Virus record (IMG/VR): IMGVR_UViG_3300033145_003080
Span: 1 to 64,000 of that record
DNA: 64,000 nt
Direction: 5' to 3' (one strand)
DNA from: a virus
The translations under genes were made by a program, and so were the position numbers. The notes under the pieces are model-generated. The model did not search any database, was not told the DNA's origin, and saw only the letters and a program-made list of their open reading frames with translations. The stretch's first letter is position 1; each line of letters starts with the position of its first letter. Shown here piece after piece: positions 32,830-44,925 of this stretch.

Positions 32830-35529
32830 ATAACGACCCCATTCTCCTTATAGCAATTCCAGAATAGTTGATTTGATAACAGCTAAAAAAACGCAGTGTT
32901 ACCTGCGTTTCTCTTTCCTCTTTTCCTTTATTCTGCGATACAAATCGATGGTAAACTTTTGATTATCTCTACCCATACCATCCCAACCTTTTTTGGCTTG
33001 TTCATAAGCTTCATCGATATTGACCACACCCTGAAGAAATTTAATCGCTTCGATTCCTTCTTCTTCAGTATATCCTTCTACAGCTTTTGTTTCAGACATA
33101 CTACCCTCCTTATTTTTTCTTTTTTATTACTGCTCTTTTCTTTATCCTGATTGTTTGAATAGTTTTAATTGGTATATTATAATCAGGATGGAATTTTTTA
33201 GCTTGAGTTTGCAAAAACTCATGTACTTTCCTTTTACGATTACTGCGTTCAACAATACATGCCATAATGCCCTCCAGGCAAAAGGGTTGATAATTATCTC
33301 TTACAACTACTATACTTATACCAGATTATCGGATTTTCTAACGCTTTGATAGCTAAAAAAAGCCCTATCTCATAGTCAAGTGGTGTCGCCGCCGAGAGAC
33401 ACCGTCCATTATAGAGATTGGGCTTCTAAAGCTTTCTGTATCACTTCTTTAATAAAAGTAGGATTTTCAATCCGATCACATTTGCAGTTTATCACACCAG
33501 AGAATGATGTTATTACATCGCGATTGTAAATATCTGGCTTATACCACTTGATTGGCTTTATCATTTCGGGAGACAAAAACGTTTTAGCTATGAATACGTC
33601 TCCAAAATCCTCAAGAACCAGTATGCCAACGTTCGCATTTAAATGATAATAATTTTCATGCCTGCCATACTCGAGATCTCCAGATAATGTCATTCCAGAT
33701 AAAATATCAACACTAGTTGCCGGGCCATTAAGCGATTCCTCTAATTTCTTAGCCAGATGGTCGTAAAGAATAGGACCTATCCGCTCTTCAAACCTTTCAA
33801 GGCAATGCTCAGTAAAGAATATGTTTCCACAGCAGCTATGATAGTACGAGCCATACAGCTTACCCTGACCGGCAACTGTAAATACACGGTCGAGGTTGGT
33901 ATTGAAATACATAGTTTTATTAACGTTGTTGATTTTAAAATGTGTAAGACTGACCCAACGGCCATATTTATTGCGAACTCTCCTGGTAACCTCATCCTTA
34001 ATCTTCTTTTCTTTACGTAAGCTGATTCGCTTTTTTGCGAAGCTTTTACCAAGGATTTTATCACATGCATTGGTGAATATAAGATTCATCATAGCATCGT
34101 TATATGGTTCAAAAGAGACTGTTTCGAAATGTTCGTTGAGTAGGGCGAGATAAACCTGCTCCTGTTCTTTGTTACGTTTTATGGAACTTTTTCTTTTCGT
34201 TATACACCTCCTTAATAATAAGGAAAATCCCATTCGAGCCTGGTGAATTTAGGCACCCAGCGTTCGTGAAGTTGCAGCTGCACGGCTGGAGGATTATTCT
34301 GTCCTTTTAAAATGAGATTTTCCAATTTATGGTTGTTTGTACTATTGACTTCTGATTGAAAATAACGTTAAAAAACGGGAACTAGTTTGCGGTTCAAGAG
34401 ACACGGCTGATTACCACAAACCCAATCAGTACAAGACTCACATTGCTTATCAAATTCCCACTCAGAACAAATTACACCCCTTCCGTTTTGTAAATCCTCC
34501 CTATTATCCTGAGAATTGCTAATAACCGAAATAGAAATATTCTGATTAACATATCGATCAAGCAAATCACAGAGAAAGATGCCATCCACTTGATTATCGA
34601 AACTTCTTTTACCCCCTTTAGCACCTTGAAGTATATAACAGGGTACACGTTTGCCACATTCACCTGTAAAACCTTTCCAAAGCAAGCCACTGATAACCAT
34701 AAACATTTCTCCAATGGCATCTATTTGTCTGCCAGGCACTGTTGCTCGCGTTTCAACTTTCTGGGATTTGCGAGCTTTTTCAAGAATATGCTTGGCATCA
34801 ACCAGGGTTACAAATTCAACCGGCACATCATTGAATTCTAATTTAAACACAGTGTACCCTTCCCACTTCTTATCATTTTGACAAAGCGGGTGTTTAAATT
34901 CACTCATAAAGCAATCCTCCTTTTTTTCCTGATTTTGGCGGATCTTCCATTGGTATAACTCCAATAAGCTCACCTATTACCGTTCCTTTATTCTCAGCAT
35001 CCGCCACTTTCTGTGCTTCTGCCCACGTTTCCGCTTCAACCCTGTAACCATACATTTCAAGTGTTATGTGACAGAACTTATTAGTACACCATGTTTTCAC
35101 ACTACCCCCTCCGTTTCCCATTGTGCATTCATTATTTTTATAATTTCGGGGGTACAATCTTCCTGCCCAACCCTTTCTAAAAACTCTTTCATACCATCAG
35201 ATACAGGTCCACATACTACCCAAGCATGACGATGTTGTACTTCTTTAAGCGCCCACTGAATTGCCGGTGATTTTTTCGGCAATCGTTCCTTTACAAATTT
35301 ACCATGCTCTCCACAAAAATATGAAGCTAACACAGCAATCACTTTTGAAAGACGATACTCTTCTTCATAAAGATTCTGATATTCGTCCGCAAAATTCACA
35401 CATTCGCCAATGGGCGCTTTAGATGCGTGTTTTTTGAAAAAATTTAGCATTTGGTCACGCTTAACCTTTGTCTTTCGGACATCTTCCACTTTTACCTCCT
35501 TAGTCGAAATTTTTACCCCCTTGTCCATA

Positions 35530-36396
35530 TTATTTCACCTTGTATGGTTTAGATATAATCTCAGACAATTCAGGCCCTTTCCAATATGGCATGATCCATT
35601 GATATCTTCGCAATTTACGACCCACACCATAAACCTGATGCGTCCAATGGCCACGGACAAGAAACCTTTTATCTAAATTCCACTTTTTTACATGGCGTTT
35701 AGGTGTAAAGCGGCTTGGTGGTCTAAGTCGTATAAACTCCCTTGTAACCTTCTTACCTTTACTAACTTTGTATTTTTTCCTCACAACTGACTGGGTGTCA
35801 TATGCATCTCTTCCTGGCTCATTAATATACAGCACTGAATTTATAAATATATTCAGTACTTTCGGCACCAACTCTTTAACTCTATGATATTTTGATCCCA
35901 CCTCATTTTCCGCCCAATCTCTCCATGAAGATGAGCTTTTTATCGAAATATCAAACCAACCTATAGTTTCAACACCCTTACCATTAACTGGGTATATTGG
36001 CATTATTAGAGAATCAGATTCCCTATCATCATTAAGCTGATAATGGTTTGTTGCCAGGATCGCCTTATCACTCATATACATAACACTGAATATATCTACG
36101 TTATCCTCATCATCATCATCAGTCAGGATATTAGTATTAAATAATCTCAAGTCTCCTTCAATTATAAAATTGTTAAATGGCATATTGATATCGGCCAACT
36201 TAAAATCTAGTGGCACATCAGTATTAACAAACGCCTCTATTAAATCTTTTGATAAAATAAAGGTTTTCATACCAGTCTTTTTCCATATATCAATAAGCGC
36301 CAAAAATGAAGCATATGGCCGATACTGCCCGTCAGAACCATTTGTTATTATAAAATCTTCAAGAACTCTAATTCTTTTTAATAAATTCATAATCAC
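35530..36396 (-). CDS. Hypothetical protein with C-terminal VRGHW...WI.PYWKG motif (paralog 2)
   Basis: Clear paralog of the adjacent ORF 36393-37337. Confidence 0.75.
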   Translation of the reverse strand: MIMNLLKRIRVLEDFIITNGSDGQYRPYASFLALIDIWKKTGMKTFILSKDLIEAFVNTDVPLDFKLADINMPFNNFIIEGDLRLFNTNILTDDDDEDNVDIFSVMYMSDKAILATNHYQLNDDRESDSLIMPIYPVNGKGVETIGWFDISIKSSSSWRDWAENEVGSKYHRVKELVPKVLNIFINSVLYINEPGRDAYDTQSVVRKKYKVSKGKKVTREFIRLRPPSRFTPKRHVKKWNLDKRFLVRGHWTHQVYGVGRKLRRYQWIMPYWKGPELSEIISKPYKVK

Positions 36397-37337
36397 TCCA
36401 CCTTATATGTTTTTGATACAATCTCAGATAATTCCGGACCTTTCCAGTATGGCAATATCCATATTCTTTTTCTAAATGCACGTCCCTTACCGTATGCCTG
36501 CCTTGTCCAGTGACCTCTTACTGTAAACCGTTTCTCTATTTTTCTTCCCGTTCCACTATTCAGTATTGACAAGTAACGTTTCGGTGGTTTAAGTAAAATA
36601 TACTGACTCTTTACCGTTCTCTTCTGACCTTTTATTTTATATTTAGAATGACCAACTGATTCAGTATCTTCTTTTTTTCTTCCAGGCTCGTTGATATACA
36701 TTATTGCATTGAAAAAGATATTAATAGATCGCTGAGCCTCCGGTATCGTAACTACACCCCTATACTGGTTAGGCTTTTTTGATTTTTCACATGCCGATTC
36801 AATCGATTCGTTATTGAGGAGATTAACCCACATGTGATCAAGACCAAATCCATCAAGACCAGGAGATAGGCCCGAAATGGATACATCCCAGGCAACATCG
36901 TTTTTAATCTCCCCATTCCTTGTTACAAGAAGTGTCTCATTATGAGTTATAGCATTACTATTTATAAATAATAAAGCGTGCACATCAGCATTATCATTTT
37001 CACGTATATTAACTTGAAATAGAGGTTTCTCACCTTCGATAAGAAATGTATCGAACGGATAGTGAAATTCTCCAGGTGTGATATCCATTGGGACATCTGT
37101 CAATGCAAATGCGTCAATTAGCTCTTTTGAAAGACGAAATGTTTTTGCACCTAATCCTAACCATAACTGTAATTTTGTATACAGCGCAGTAAAGTCATAT
37201 GTTACATCTTCAACGGCCTGGCTTGATGGAGTATACTTCATTGAATTGATAAGCTCTTTTGTTTCCTCCATTCTTTTAAATATATTCACATTATCCTCCT
37301 GATTAAAAAAGTGTCTGCGCATGGAAGCTACCATCAC
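36393..37337 (-). CDS. Hypothetical protein with C-terminal VRGHW...WI.PYWKG motif (paralog 1; start probably internal near 37291)
   Basis: Shares KTFxLSKxLIxAF..TDVP.D, YINEPGR and RFxVRGHWTxQxYG...PYWKGPELSEI with paralog 2. Confidence 0.75.
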   Translation of the reverse strand: MMVASMRRHFFNQEDNVNIFKRMEETKELINSMKYTPSSQAVEDVTYDFTALYTKLQLWLGLGAKTFRLSKELIDAFALTDVPMDITPGEFHYPFDTFLIEGEKPLFQVNIRENDNADVHALLFINSNAITHNETLLVTRNGEIKNDVAWDVSISGLSPGLDGFGLDHMWVNLLNNESIESACEKSKKPNQYRGVVTIPEAQRSINIFFNAIMYINEPGRKKEDTESVGHSKYKIKGQKRTVKSQYILLKPPKRYLSILNSGTGRKIEKRFTVRGHWTRQAYGKGRAFRKRIWILPYWKGPELSEIVSKTYKVE

Positions 37338-38569
37338 TTTTGTTTCTTCAATTTTTCTGAATATGTTTCATTACCCACTCTCCTCTTTTGCCAACTCATC
37401 CTTCAAAAGTTCTACCAGCTTTTTAAAATCAATATAAAGCAGAGTACTTGCATCACCAGACTCACCTCCAACACAAATAAGCTTTTCTTTTACCCATTTG
37501 TTTTTAATATATTCTCTTAACTTATGTGTATTACCTGGTATCTTAGGCTCATATAATAGGGGGTGGTTACCTTCCACTATTACACCGTCATCCGAGATTC
37601 CCCAGCACACATCGTCTGAGATGCTGTGCAGCCCTTCCGCTCTATAATTAACATTTGCACGCTGGTGATTAGATGGCAAATTAAAAAATTTAGACAATCT
37701 CTTTAAAAAGCTCACGGCTACTCACCTCCCTGCCAAGTTTTTGGTATTCTGCCAAATCCAACTGAATCCAAACAAGGTCGCACTCATTATCTTTTATAAG
37801 CGCTGTCATTGTTTCTATTAAGTTTTTGTATATTTCCTCTCTTTTCGACCTGCGTATGCCATAAGCCTCTTCGACATAATCAAATACATAAGCTTTAGTT
37901 TTATTATCGTAATACATATCATATAACAAACTTATTGAATTTTCTTTCTCAAAAATAAATCTGCCATAATAACTTTCAACAGCGCAAGTGTATATCCCGG
38001 CCTCAAGACCAGATAGTTTTATTACGAAGGTTTTAACTTCAGTAATTTCATGATTAATGTCTCCCATTTTATCCTCCTGATTAAAAAAAGCGCCTGGTCA
38101 GGGCGCTATGGTATGCGCGAGGTTGAACATAAATAAAATTATGACAACCACGATAAATATAAAGATTTTCCACTTCATTGTATACTCCTTAGAATAAAAA
38201 GAGACGGCCGGGATACATTGTACAGAAAATCCACCCAGGAACTGTACAATTGCTCAACCAGCCGTCGCCCTCATCATTGCCCCTCCCCCAAAAAAGGGAG
38301 GTTTATATACCCAATAAGTGCGGATATTCACTACCACCATCGATGGAATCGTTAGAATGCGCCGTTCCACCAATATTTTCTTCACTACCGTCATCCAATT
38401 GATACTCTTCTTGGCCAGGCCGATAGTCCGGATCGCTAATAAATACTTCTTCACTATCATCTTCAGGAAAAGGCATATCATCCTCCATACGTTTATATTA
38501 AATTTTACTTAATTTGTTCATAATAAAAAAATAATACCTATCCATTACTATTATGGTTATACCAAGAAT

Positions 38570-38601
38570 GTGATTATTATAACAGATAAAACTGTTATCT
38601 T
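38570..38601 (-). mobile_element. Putative TnpB right end / 3' part of the reRNA scaffold
   Basis: The stop codon is followed by hairpin ATAACAG-N6-CTGTTAT and then AATAATCAC, ending in TCAC as in IS605-type right ends. Confidence 0.55.
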
Positions 38602-39711
38602 TTAAGCATAAGCTAAAGTGTGTAACCCCACACTTAATATATTTTTTGCGGCATTGAGATCTCTATCAATACTTAATCCACATTTATAACACTCATATTG
38701 CCTAGTAGACAGTTTCATAACTTGTCTATTTCCACAATTAGAACAATCTTGAGTAGTGTAGGCTGGGTTTACCTTAATCACTGTTCGTCCGGCACTTTCA
38801 GCCTTGACAAACAATATATTAAGAAATAGACCCCACGCCGCATCGTTAATTGATTTTGATAATTTTGGCTTTTTACCTTTAATTACCATATTTTTTATAT
38901 TAAGATCTTCAACACATATTACATTATATTTATTTATTATATTTCGAGACAATTTGTGACAAAAATCTTTCCTTTGGCTCCCTACCTTTTCATACCGCAG
39001 TGCAACTGATTTTTTATTTTTTGATGTATTGTTTTTTGAAAAACGCCTTTGTATCTTAATTATTTTTTTTTCTTCTTCTTTAAAAAATCGAGGATTATTA
39101 ATCCTTTCACCGTTAGATAATACGGCAAATGTTTTTAACCCAACATCTATACCAATTTTATTATTAATTTTATGTAATTTGTTTATAGGGATATTGTTAC
39201 ATACAATCGAAACAAACCATTTTCCAGTTGGGGTTCTTTTAATAGTACATGTTTTAGGACTACCAAACATCTCTCTATGTTTTATTATTTTAATTAATCC
39301 TATTTTTGCAAGATTTATATGTGTGCTACCAACATTAAATGGTGATCCACTTTCTGGGCATTGAGGATAAGTAAAAGAATCATACCACCCAGTACCTTTA
39401 AACCTTGGGTGTCCTGGCTTTTCGCCTGACTTACATCTTCTAAAAAATGATTTAAAAGAAAGATCTACTCTAATAACAACATTTTGTAATACTTGTGAAT
39501 AAATACCTTTAATCGTTTGTCTATTTTTTTTAATTGATTTTAGACTATTCATTTGACTAAAACATGATATAGATTCTTTTTTATCTTTCCAAATACATAT
39601 TCTTTCAGACAATAAATGATTGTACAACCATCGACACTCTTCCAATATATTATTGAGGAAACGTTTTTGTTTGTTTGATGGGTATATTCTATATTTATAT
39701 GTTTTAAGCAT
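38602..39711 (-). CDS. tnpB: TnpB RNA-guided nuclease (IS200/IS605 family, no TnpA seen)
   Basis: MLKTYKYRIYP start (ATG 39711); RuvC D (GIDVG), E (VEDL), Zn ribbon CSNC..CYKC, D (DRDLNAA). Confidence 0.92.
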   Translation of the reverse strand: MLKTYKYRIYPSNKQKRFLNNILEECRWLYNHLLSERICIWKDKKESISCFSQMNSLKSIKKNRQTIKGIYSQVLQNVVIRVDLSFKSFFRRCKSGEKPGHPRFKGTGWYDSFTYPQCPESGSPFNVGSTHINLAKIGLIKIIKHREMFGSPKTCTIKRTPTGKWFVSIVCNNIPINKLHKINNKIGIDVGLKTFAVLSNGERINNPRFFKEEEKKIIKIQRRFSKNNTSKNKKSVALRYEKVGSQRKDFCHKLSRNIINKYNVICVEDLNIKNMVIKGKKPKLSKSINDAAWGLFLNILFVKAESAGRTVIKVNPAYTTQDCSNCGNRQVMKLSTRQYECYKCGLSIDRDLNAAKNILSVGLHTLAYA

Positions 39712-39717
39712 ATTATT

Positions 39718-39746
39718 AATATAGCATAAAATAATAAATATTGCAA
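39718..39746 (-). promoter_or_regulatory. Sigma70-type promoter predicting a leaderless tnpB mRNA
   Basis: TTGCAA-N17-TATATT with extended TG, 6 nt before the ATG; no RBS. Confidence 0.6.
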
Positions 39747-39840
39747 AGTTATTAGCTAAAAAAAAGAGTTGAACCTGTACAGCGTTCAACTCTTTGGTAT
39801 TGAGGACCCACCCATTGGTTTAAATCCTCAATTCCGATAT

Positions 39841-39967
39841 ATTACGATTCTGATTTGGCGTCGGATTTCTTTTCTTCCTTCTCGCGTTTCTTGAATATCT
39901 TCGGAAGGAAAATCGTTCCGAGTACACCAACAGCCGTGCCGGCTGCATACTTAAGAAGCTCTTTCAT
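39841..39967 (-). CDS. Small membrane peptide (about 41 aa, not in ORF track; coordinates approximate)
   Basis: AAAGGAGG RBS; MKELLKYAAGTAVGVLGTIFLPKIFKKREK...; directly downstream of a promoter copy. Confidence 0.6.
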
Positions 39968-40052
39968 TTGAGCCTCCTTTCTCCTCATTTGGTGAGGGCT
40001 GTTTATATCTTACACTATACTTATACCAGATTACGAACCAAAATCACGCCAT

Positions 40053-40454
40053 TTACAGCTCTTCCAGCATTTTCTCAATTTCTTCGACGGAATGGTCCTC
40101 GAGAGCTTCACCCTTCTTCTTCTCAAGAAGCTCCATAAGCCTCTGCTTCTTGGCCTTTGTCAGTATGGCCTTCTCAACCCTGTTAGCATAATTAACCTTG
40201 TGGTCCCTGATATGCTCAAGAATACCGAGCCTTATTTTTAATGAAGGGTCTACTTCGGAGCCCTCTACAACAACAAATGCTTCATTACCCTCATTATCCC
40301 TCACAGCATTTGTCATGGCTTTACCAACAACATCAATCGACAGATTGCCTTCTTTAGCTGTTAACGGAAGATCCCAAAGGTCCTCTGTAGAAAGGTTGCC
40401 TTTGGGTGTTTCGAATCTGAGCTTCTTACGGCTCGCGTAAGCAAATATGTCCAT
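40053..40454 (-). CDS. Conserved-looking phage coiled-coil protein
   Basis: KLRFETPKGNLSTEDLWDLPL motif; RBS; paired with the upstream 672-aa gene. Confidence 0.65.
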   Translation of the reverse strand: MDIFAYASRKKLRFETPKGNLSTEDLWDLPLTAKEGNLSIDVVGKAMTNAVRDNEGNEAFVVVEGSEVDPSLKIRLGILEHIRDHKVNYANRVEKAILTKAKKQRLMELLEKKKGEALEDHSVEEIEKMLEEL

Positions 40455-40464
40455 TACACACTCC

Positions 40465-42483
40465 TTAAAAGTTTATTTTAATAGTACGAGAAAAACTCCC
40501 GGATAACTTACACAGGACAGAACTGCTTTTGGTACTCGAAAAACCCAGGCCGCTCAATTGATTATCAGACTCTTCGGCCTTAAGCTTCGAACCAAGTACC
40601 TCAAACACCTTCCGGTGCTCAGTTAACTCATTACTGAGGAATTCATTGAAAAATCCCCTGGCTTTTTTCTCATTTTTACATCCATCGAGAATGAAAAATA
40701 CATGACGGTTACCGGTCTTATGCCCATCCCAGTGATTAGGAGAATTCATAATCATAGAAACCTTATGGAACTGATGGGTTGGTATGTTCCATACAGTTTT
40801 ACTGACTGTTGTGGATGGTAGCGATTTGGTAATCGTAATACCTTCTTTTCTTGAAAAGGTAAATATAGCGACCTCAACCCTTCCAGCCCCAGATACACGC
40901 TTGCTATAATGGAACTTATGAATATCCCCATCATATTCCATTTCAGCATCAAATCCGACATCGACATCTTCACGAGGAGAATAATTCTCTACGAAAAATA
41001 TGTATGTGCCCTCCTGCATTTTTGCCCTGTTGGTATACACGATATGCTCAACAGCTTCCCTTGATCCGTTGTCGCCTACATTCATATCAACATCCTGCTT
41101 ACCTGATGACGGATGGGTAATATTCCTATTGGAATAATAGATATGATTACCATTAGGCTCTTCAAGGTGTATATCAAGATCATCATAATTAAACCATCCA
41201 AGAGTAAGGCCCAAAACCCCACTAATATTTCCACCGGCCTTCTTAACTCTTTCCCTCATAGAGTCAGCAACCTCTCCATTGTAAGCCCAGGAGAAATTGT
41301 TATGCCATCGAAAAATACTCTTCGTACCAAGTTGCATCGGTGCGATCAGGCTCATGAGATTATTTATATGCCTGTTTTCAAACATTAGCTCAACAGTATC
41401 GACGTTTGGAAGAATATCTTTTATAAAATTATCAATACCAATCTCTTCCACCTTGCTAAACTTTTTTGCATCGACAGCAACCTCACTCTCAAGAACATCA
41501 AGTGCCCCCATCGATTTCTTGGCCTCACGATCAGCAAAGATAACATTATTGACAGTGATATCATCAACGATCGCGAATCTCCTCTGGAGAGAGTTCTCAA
41601 TACCGAGCTCGGCAACTTTCTTCTGTGCCTCAGCTATCATCCCTTTGGTGATCAATGCAGTTGGCCTTTTATAATTCTCCGGAGCCACCTTCGATTCGAA
41701 CATACGTACAGCATCATCAAGCTCTACATTATTAGATATATCAACAAGCAATGTTCCAATGACAGAATTTCTCATTCTGGATGAACCACCAAGCCTGAGT
41801 GATGTTGTCCAGCAATAAATATCGAGATCTTCTTCCAGAACTAAATCGAACTTCTTTTTTTCAGCAATAAAAAGCTCAACTGTATCCTTATGCTCTTCAC
41901 CGCGATATAGCGAATTTTGCTCAATAAGGTCAAGACATGTTTCCGCCGCAGATAATGATATTTCATTCATCGCCTTCAAGTACATCTCCTTATTAGTTCT
42001 CAGGCTGGATAAGACGGTACCTATCTCATCATTCGGTTTAACAACATCTGCAGGGAGTTTTAAAAAAAAATGTCCCCACCGCATAGTTTCACCATCGTCG
42101 AGCATTTGGGTATTATAATCAGTACCGACAGTGTTTTGGTAATAGAAGAATGCATCCCTGATCGGTTTTGATTTTACTACATTTGACAATTCGTTAGCAA
42201 CAACCTTATAGGGCCCGTCTATTTCGATATCCCATATTGATACTAACTTATTGTCAACTATAGAAACTACGTGTCCACATGCTCTTATGAAATGCTTGCA
42301 TGATTGACAGTCGTATTCAACACGCTCTCTGAACATTTTATTTATTCCTTCAGGGAAGCTTCCGAGATAGGTGTTCCACAACGTGTCTTTCTCAACATTT
42401 ACGACAAATAATTTTTGATTCCTCATAGAATCAAATTGTTTTTGAACCGCAAGTTTAAAATCTTTAAAATTTAATCCTTCCAT
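40465..42483 (-). CDS. 672-aa phage protein with YfaP/DUF2135-like segment
   Basis: LGW...DDLDIHLEEPNG.HIYY....G..DVD.N.....VEHI motif. Confidence 0.55.
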   Translation of the reverse strand: MEGLNFKDFKLAVQKQFDSMRNQKLFVVNVEKDTLWNTYLGSFPEGINKMFRERVEYDCQSCKHFIRACGHVVSIVDNKLVSIWDIEIDGPYKVVANELSNVVKSKPIRDAFFYYQNTVGTDYNTQMLDDGETMRWGHFFLKLPADVVKPNDEIGTVLSSLRTNKEMYLKAMNEISLSAAETCLDLIEQNSLYRGEEHKDTVELFIAEKKKFDLVLEEDLDIYCWTTSLRLGGSSRMRNSVIGTLLVDISNNVELDDAVRMFESKVAPENYKRPTALITKGMIAEAQKKVAELGIENSLQRRFAIVDDITVNNVIFADREAKKSMGALDVLESEVAVDAKKFSKVEEIGIDNFIKDILPNVDTVELMFENRHINNLMSLIAPMQLGTKSIFRWHNNFSWAYNGEVADSMRERVKKAGGNISGVLGLTLGWFNYDDLDIHLEEPNGNHIYYSNRNITHPSSGKQDVDMNVGDNGSREAVEHIVYTNRAKMQEGTYIFFVENYSPREDVDVGFDAEMEYDGDIHKFHYSKRVSGAGRVEVAIFTFSRKEGITITKSLPSTTVSKTVWNIPTHQFHKVSMIMNSPNHWDGHKTGNRHVFFILDGCKNEKKARGFFNEFLSNELTEHRKVFEVLGSKLKAEESDNQLSGLGFSSTKSSSVLCKLSGSFSRTIKINF

Positions 42484-43335
42484 ATTGTTAACCTATCCTT
42501 GTTAAATTAGTATGAATTATAAAAGTAAAGGGCTATTACGCCCTTTAATATGAATTAATCTCTACAAAATGGTTATACCAGAATAGGATTGGTTATAACG
42601 AAATAAGAAAAACTTTCACTTTTACAAAAACTTTTTCTTGATTTTGCGGTAATAAGGAGGTAAGGTCACCCCACACGCTAAATGCTTTGCCCCACAATGA
42701 AGGCAAAGCTTACCAATTAGCCGAAGCGACCATGGGTACACTTTAGATATAGATCTACAGAATGGGCATTTAATAAATTCATGTTTACTATCAGTATCGA
42801 TTTTATATCTATCATGTACCAAAGAAGCTTGATAAAAGTGGAGTACCAAATTGCGGAGATTCATCTGAATCGCCTCCTAATGGGTAAAATTTATTGTTCA
42901 ATATGTAAAACCTATTGCCCGAATCACTGTCACCAGAAATTGCCAACCCACCATCAGCATTTGAACCAGTAATAGACGACATACTACATTCAGAAGAACC
43001 AAAATCAACACCCGTAAATATTCCATCCATATACCGTCTGAATCTTTCATTTACAGGATTCATTAACATTTCGCCAGGAAGCATGTCATTATTTCTATTT
43101 GTCCGACGGGCCGTTCTGTTCCCTGAATGGTTTGCATAACCTTCTGCAAGGGGTGGTTTACAAAATTCTGCAAGGTACTCATTTGCAAAAACAGGCGTAC
43201 CTGCCTCATCAAGAAAGTCTGCAAATTCTTTCCATAATCCACCCCAACTGTTGAGTCCAATTCCGTTCACCATTCTATCTTTGCGAACAAAACCAACATC
43301 TGATTCAACCCAATTTTTGAGAATTGTTTCCATAG

Positions 43336-44925
43336 TTACTCCTGGATAGCATCAATAAAATATCTAGGAAAAAACCTTTTGTTTCGGATAAGAAAACCTC
43401 TGAAAGCTGAATCTAATATGTAAATATGGCACCAATCGTCTTTATGACGAACACCGCGGCCGGTTACCTGCACAAGTGTTAAAGCAGCTTTCCATACATA
43501 CCATCCCGGGTCTATCTCCTTCCTCCGTTTAATCTGAGGATCTCCAAGAAATGCAAATGGAATCTTCGCAACTATAATAAATCGGGCAAGATCGTCTTTT
43601 AAATCAATTCCCTCACTGAGCGATGGCGATATCATCACCTTCGGCTGTTTATGGGTAATAAAATAAGACAATGCCTGGCCCCGGTCACCGCCATCATGAC
43701 CAATTAATCGGCTTTTATACTTAGGTTCTATTTTATCATTAATATACCTTGATATTTTAAAACTATGAGTATAAATTAGTCCTTTATGGTCCTTGTGCAC
43801 ATCCATTATGTCAGAGATGTCTTTCGTAATAAAGGGGAGGGTCTCTTCTATATTGGTATAACTCATCGAACCGGTATTAATAAAGAATATTTTACGCCCA
43901 TCCGGAGGAAACGTGGAAGGAACCCGGTAGAATACAGCCTCCCCTTCCGGTATGCCAAGGTTCTTGCAAAAATTTACCTTATCCAATATAGTGGCAGACA
44001 TCAACATATGCTTATCACCATAATTAAATAAAAGCTCTTTTGCGTATGGGGCTACCGTGACCGGTTTGAAAAATATCTGATCATGGTCACTATTATTTTT
44101 ATCCCTCTTTAGGTCATGAATCCACTCATTCTCATTAGAAGTCTCGAAGAACTTTTTTATCTTCAATATCTGCGTTTCAAGCCGAGTGTTTATATTATGC
44201 AGGCGCTTAATACTTTCGATGATAGTGTCGCCACCAGAATTGGCATTTTGGAATTTTATTTTCAATTCACCAATAGCACTTTCATTCGATACCACCTCTC
44301 CGGCAAATAATTCAGATAACTGCTTGAGCCATGAATGATAATCTTCAACCTTTTCGTAATCCGGAATGTCAGATATCGAACCAAGTTTTCTTAAATATTT
44401 CGATGTAAACTTTATTTCAACAAAGTTCATTAACTCTTTATCGACACCGTGAGCTTCATCATAAATTATCATGTTTACTGGTGGAAATATCTTCGCATAA
44501 TAGGTCGCATATAAAAAATAGGTATAATTCATCAGTGCGATTTTTGAATTCAAAGCTATTTTCTTTGCAGTCTCATATGGACACGAACTCGGATCCGGAC
44601 ACCTACCAACTGTGCAAAAACCATCATCACACGTGCTGTCTTCCATCTGTTCGCATGGATAATTACTCCTACCCATCAATTCGGCAAAGTCAGGAGAGCC
44701 ATAATCGTGAACATACTGAGTCTGCAAAACTTTTTGAGATGTTAATAAGTACGAAGGTGCAAAATGCATACCCATCGTAATCGCCATAGGTGATTTGCCA
44801 GATCCGCATGGTGCTTCTAAAATTATATATTTAGAACCGTCATTATAAGCCTTTTCCATCGTGAGGATGGTTGGTTTTTGGAATTGACGGTAAGTGTCGT
44901 GCGGGAAATGTGTTAAAATAGTCAA
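43336..44925 (-). CDS. DinG/XPD-like SF2 helicase
   Basis: Q motif, EAPCGSGKS, Cys cluster (Fe-S), DEAH, MSAT, EGID, Q..GRGVRH.DD. Confidence 0.88.
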   Translation of the reverse strand: MTILTHFPHDTYRQFQKPTILTMEKAYNDGSKYIILEAPCGSGKSPMAITMGMHFAPSYLLTSQKVLQTQYVHDYGSPDFAELMGRSNYPCEQMEDSTCDDGFCTVGRCPDPSSCPYETAKKIALNSKIALMNYTYFLYATYYAKIFPPVNMIIYDEAHGVDKELMNFVEIKFTSKYLRKLGSISDIPDYEKVEDYHSWLKQLSELFAGEVVSNESAIGELKIKFQNANSGGDTIIESIKRLHNINTRLETQILKIKKFFETSNENEWIHDLKRDKNNSDHDQIFFKPVTVAPYAKELLFNYGDKHMLMSATILDKVNFCKNLGIPEGEAVFYRVPSTFPPDGRKIFFINTGSMSYTNIEETLPFITKDISDIMDVHKDHKGLIYTHSFKISRYINDKIEPKYKSRLIGHDGGDRGQALSYFITHKQPKVMISPSLSEGIDLKDDLARFIIVAKIPFAFLGDPQIKRRKEIDPGWYVWKAALTLVQVTGRGVRHKDDWCHIYILDSAFRGFLIRNKRFFPRYFIDAIQE

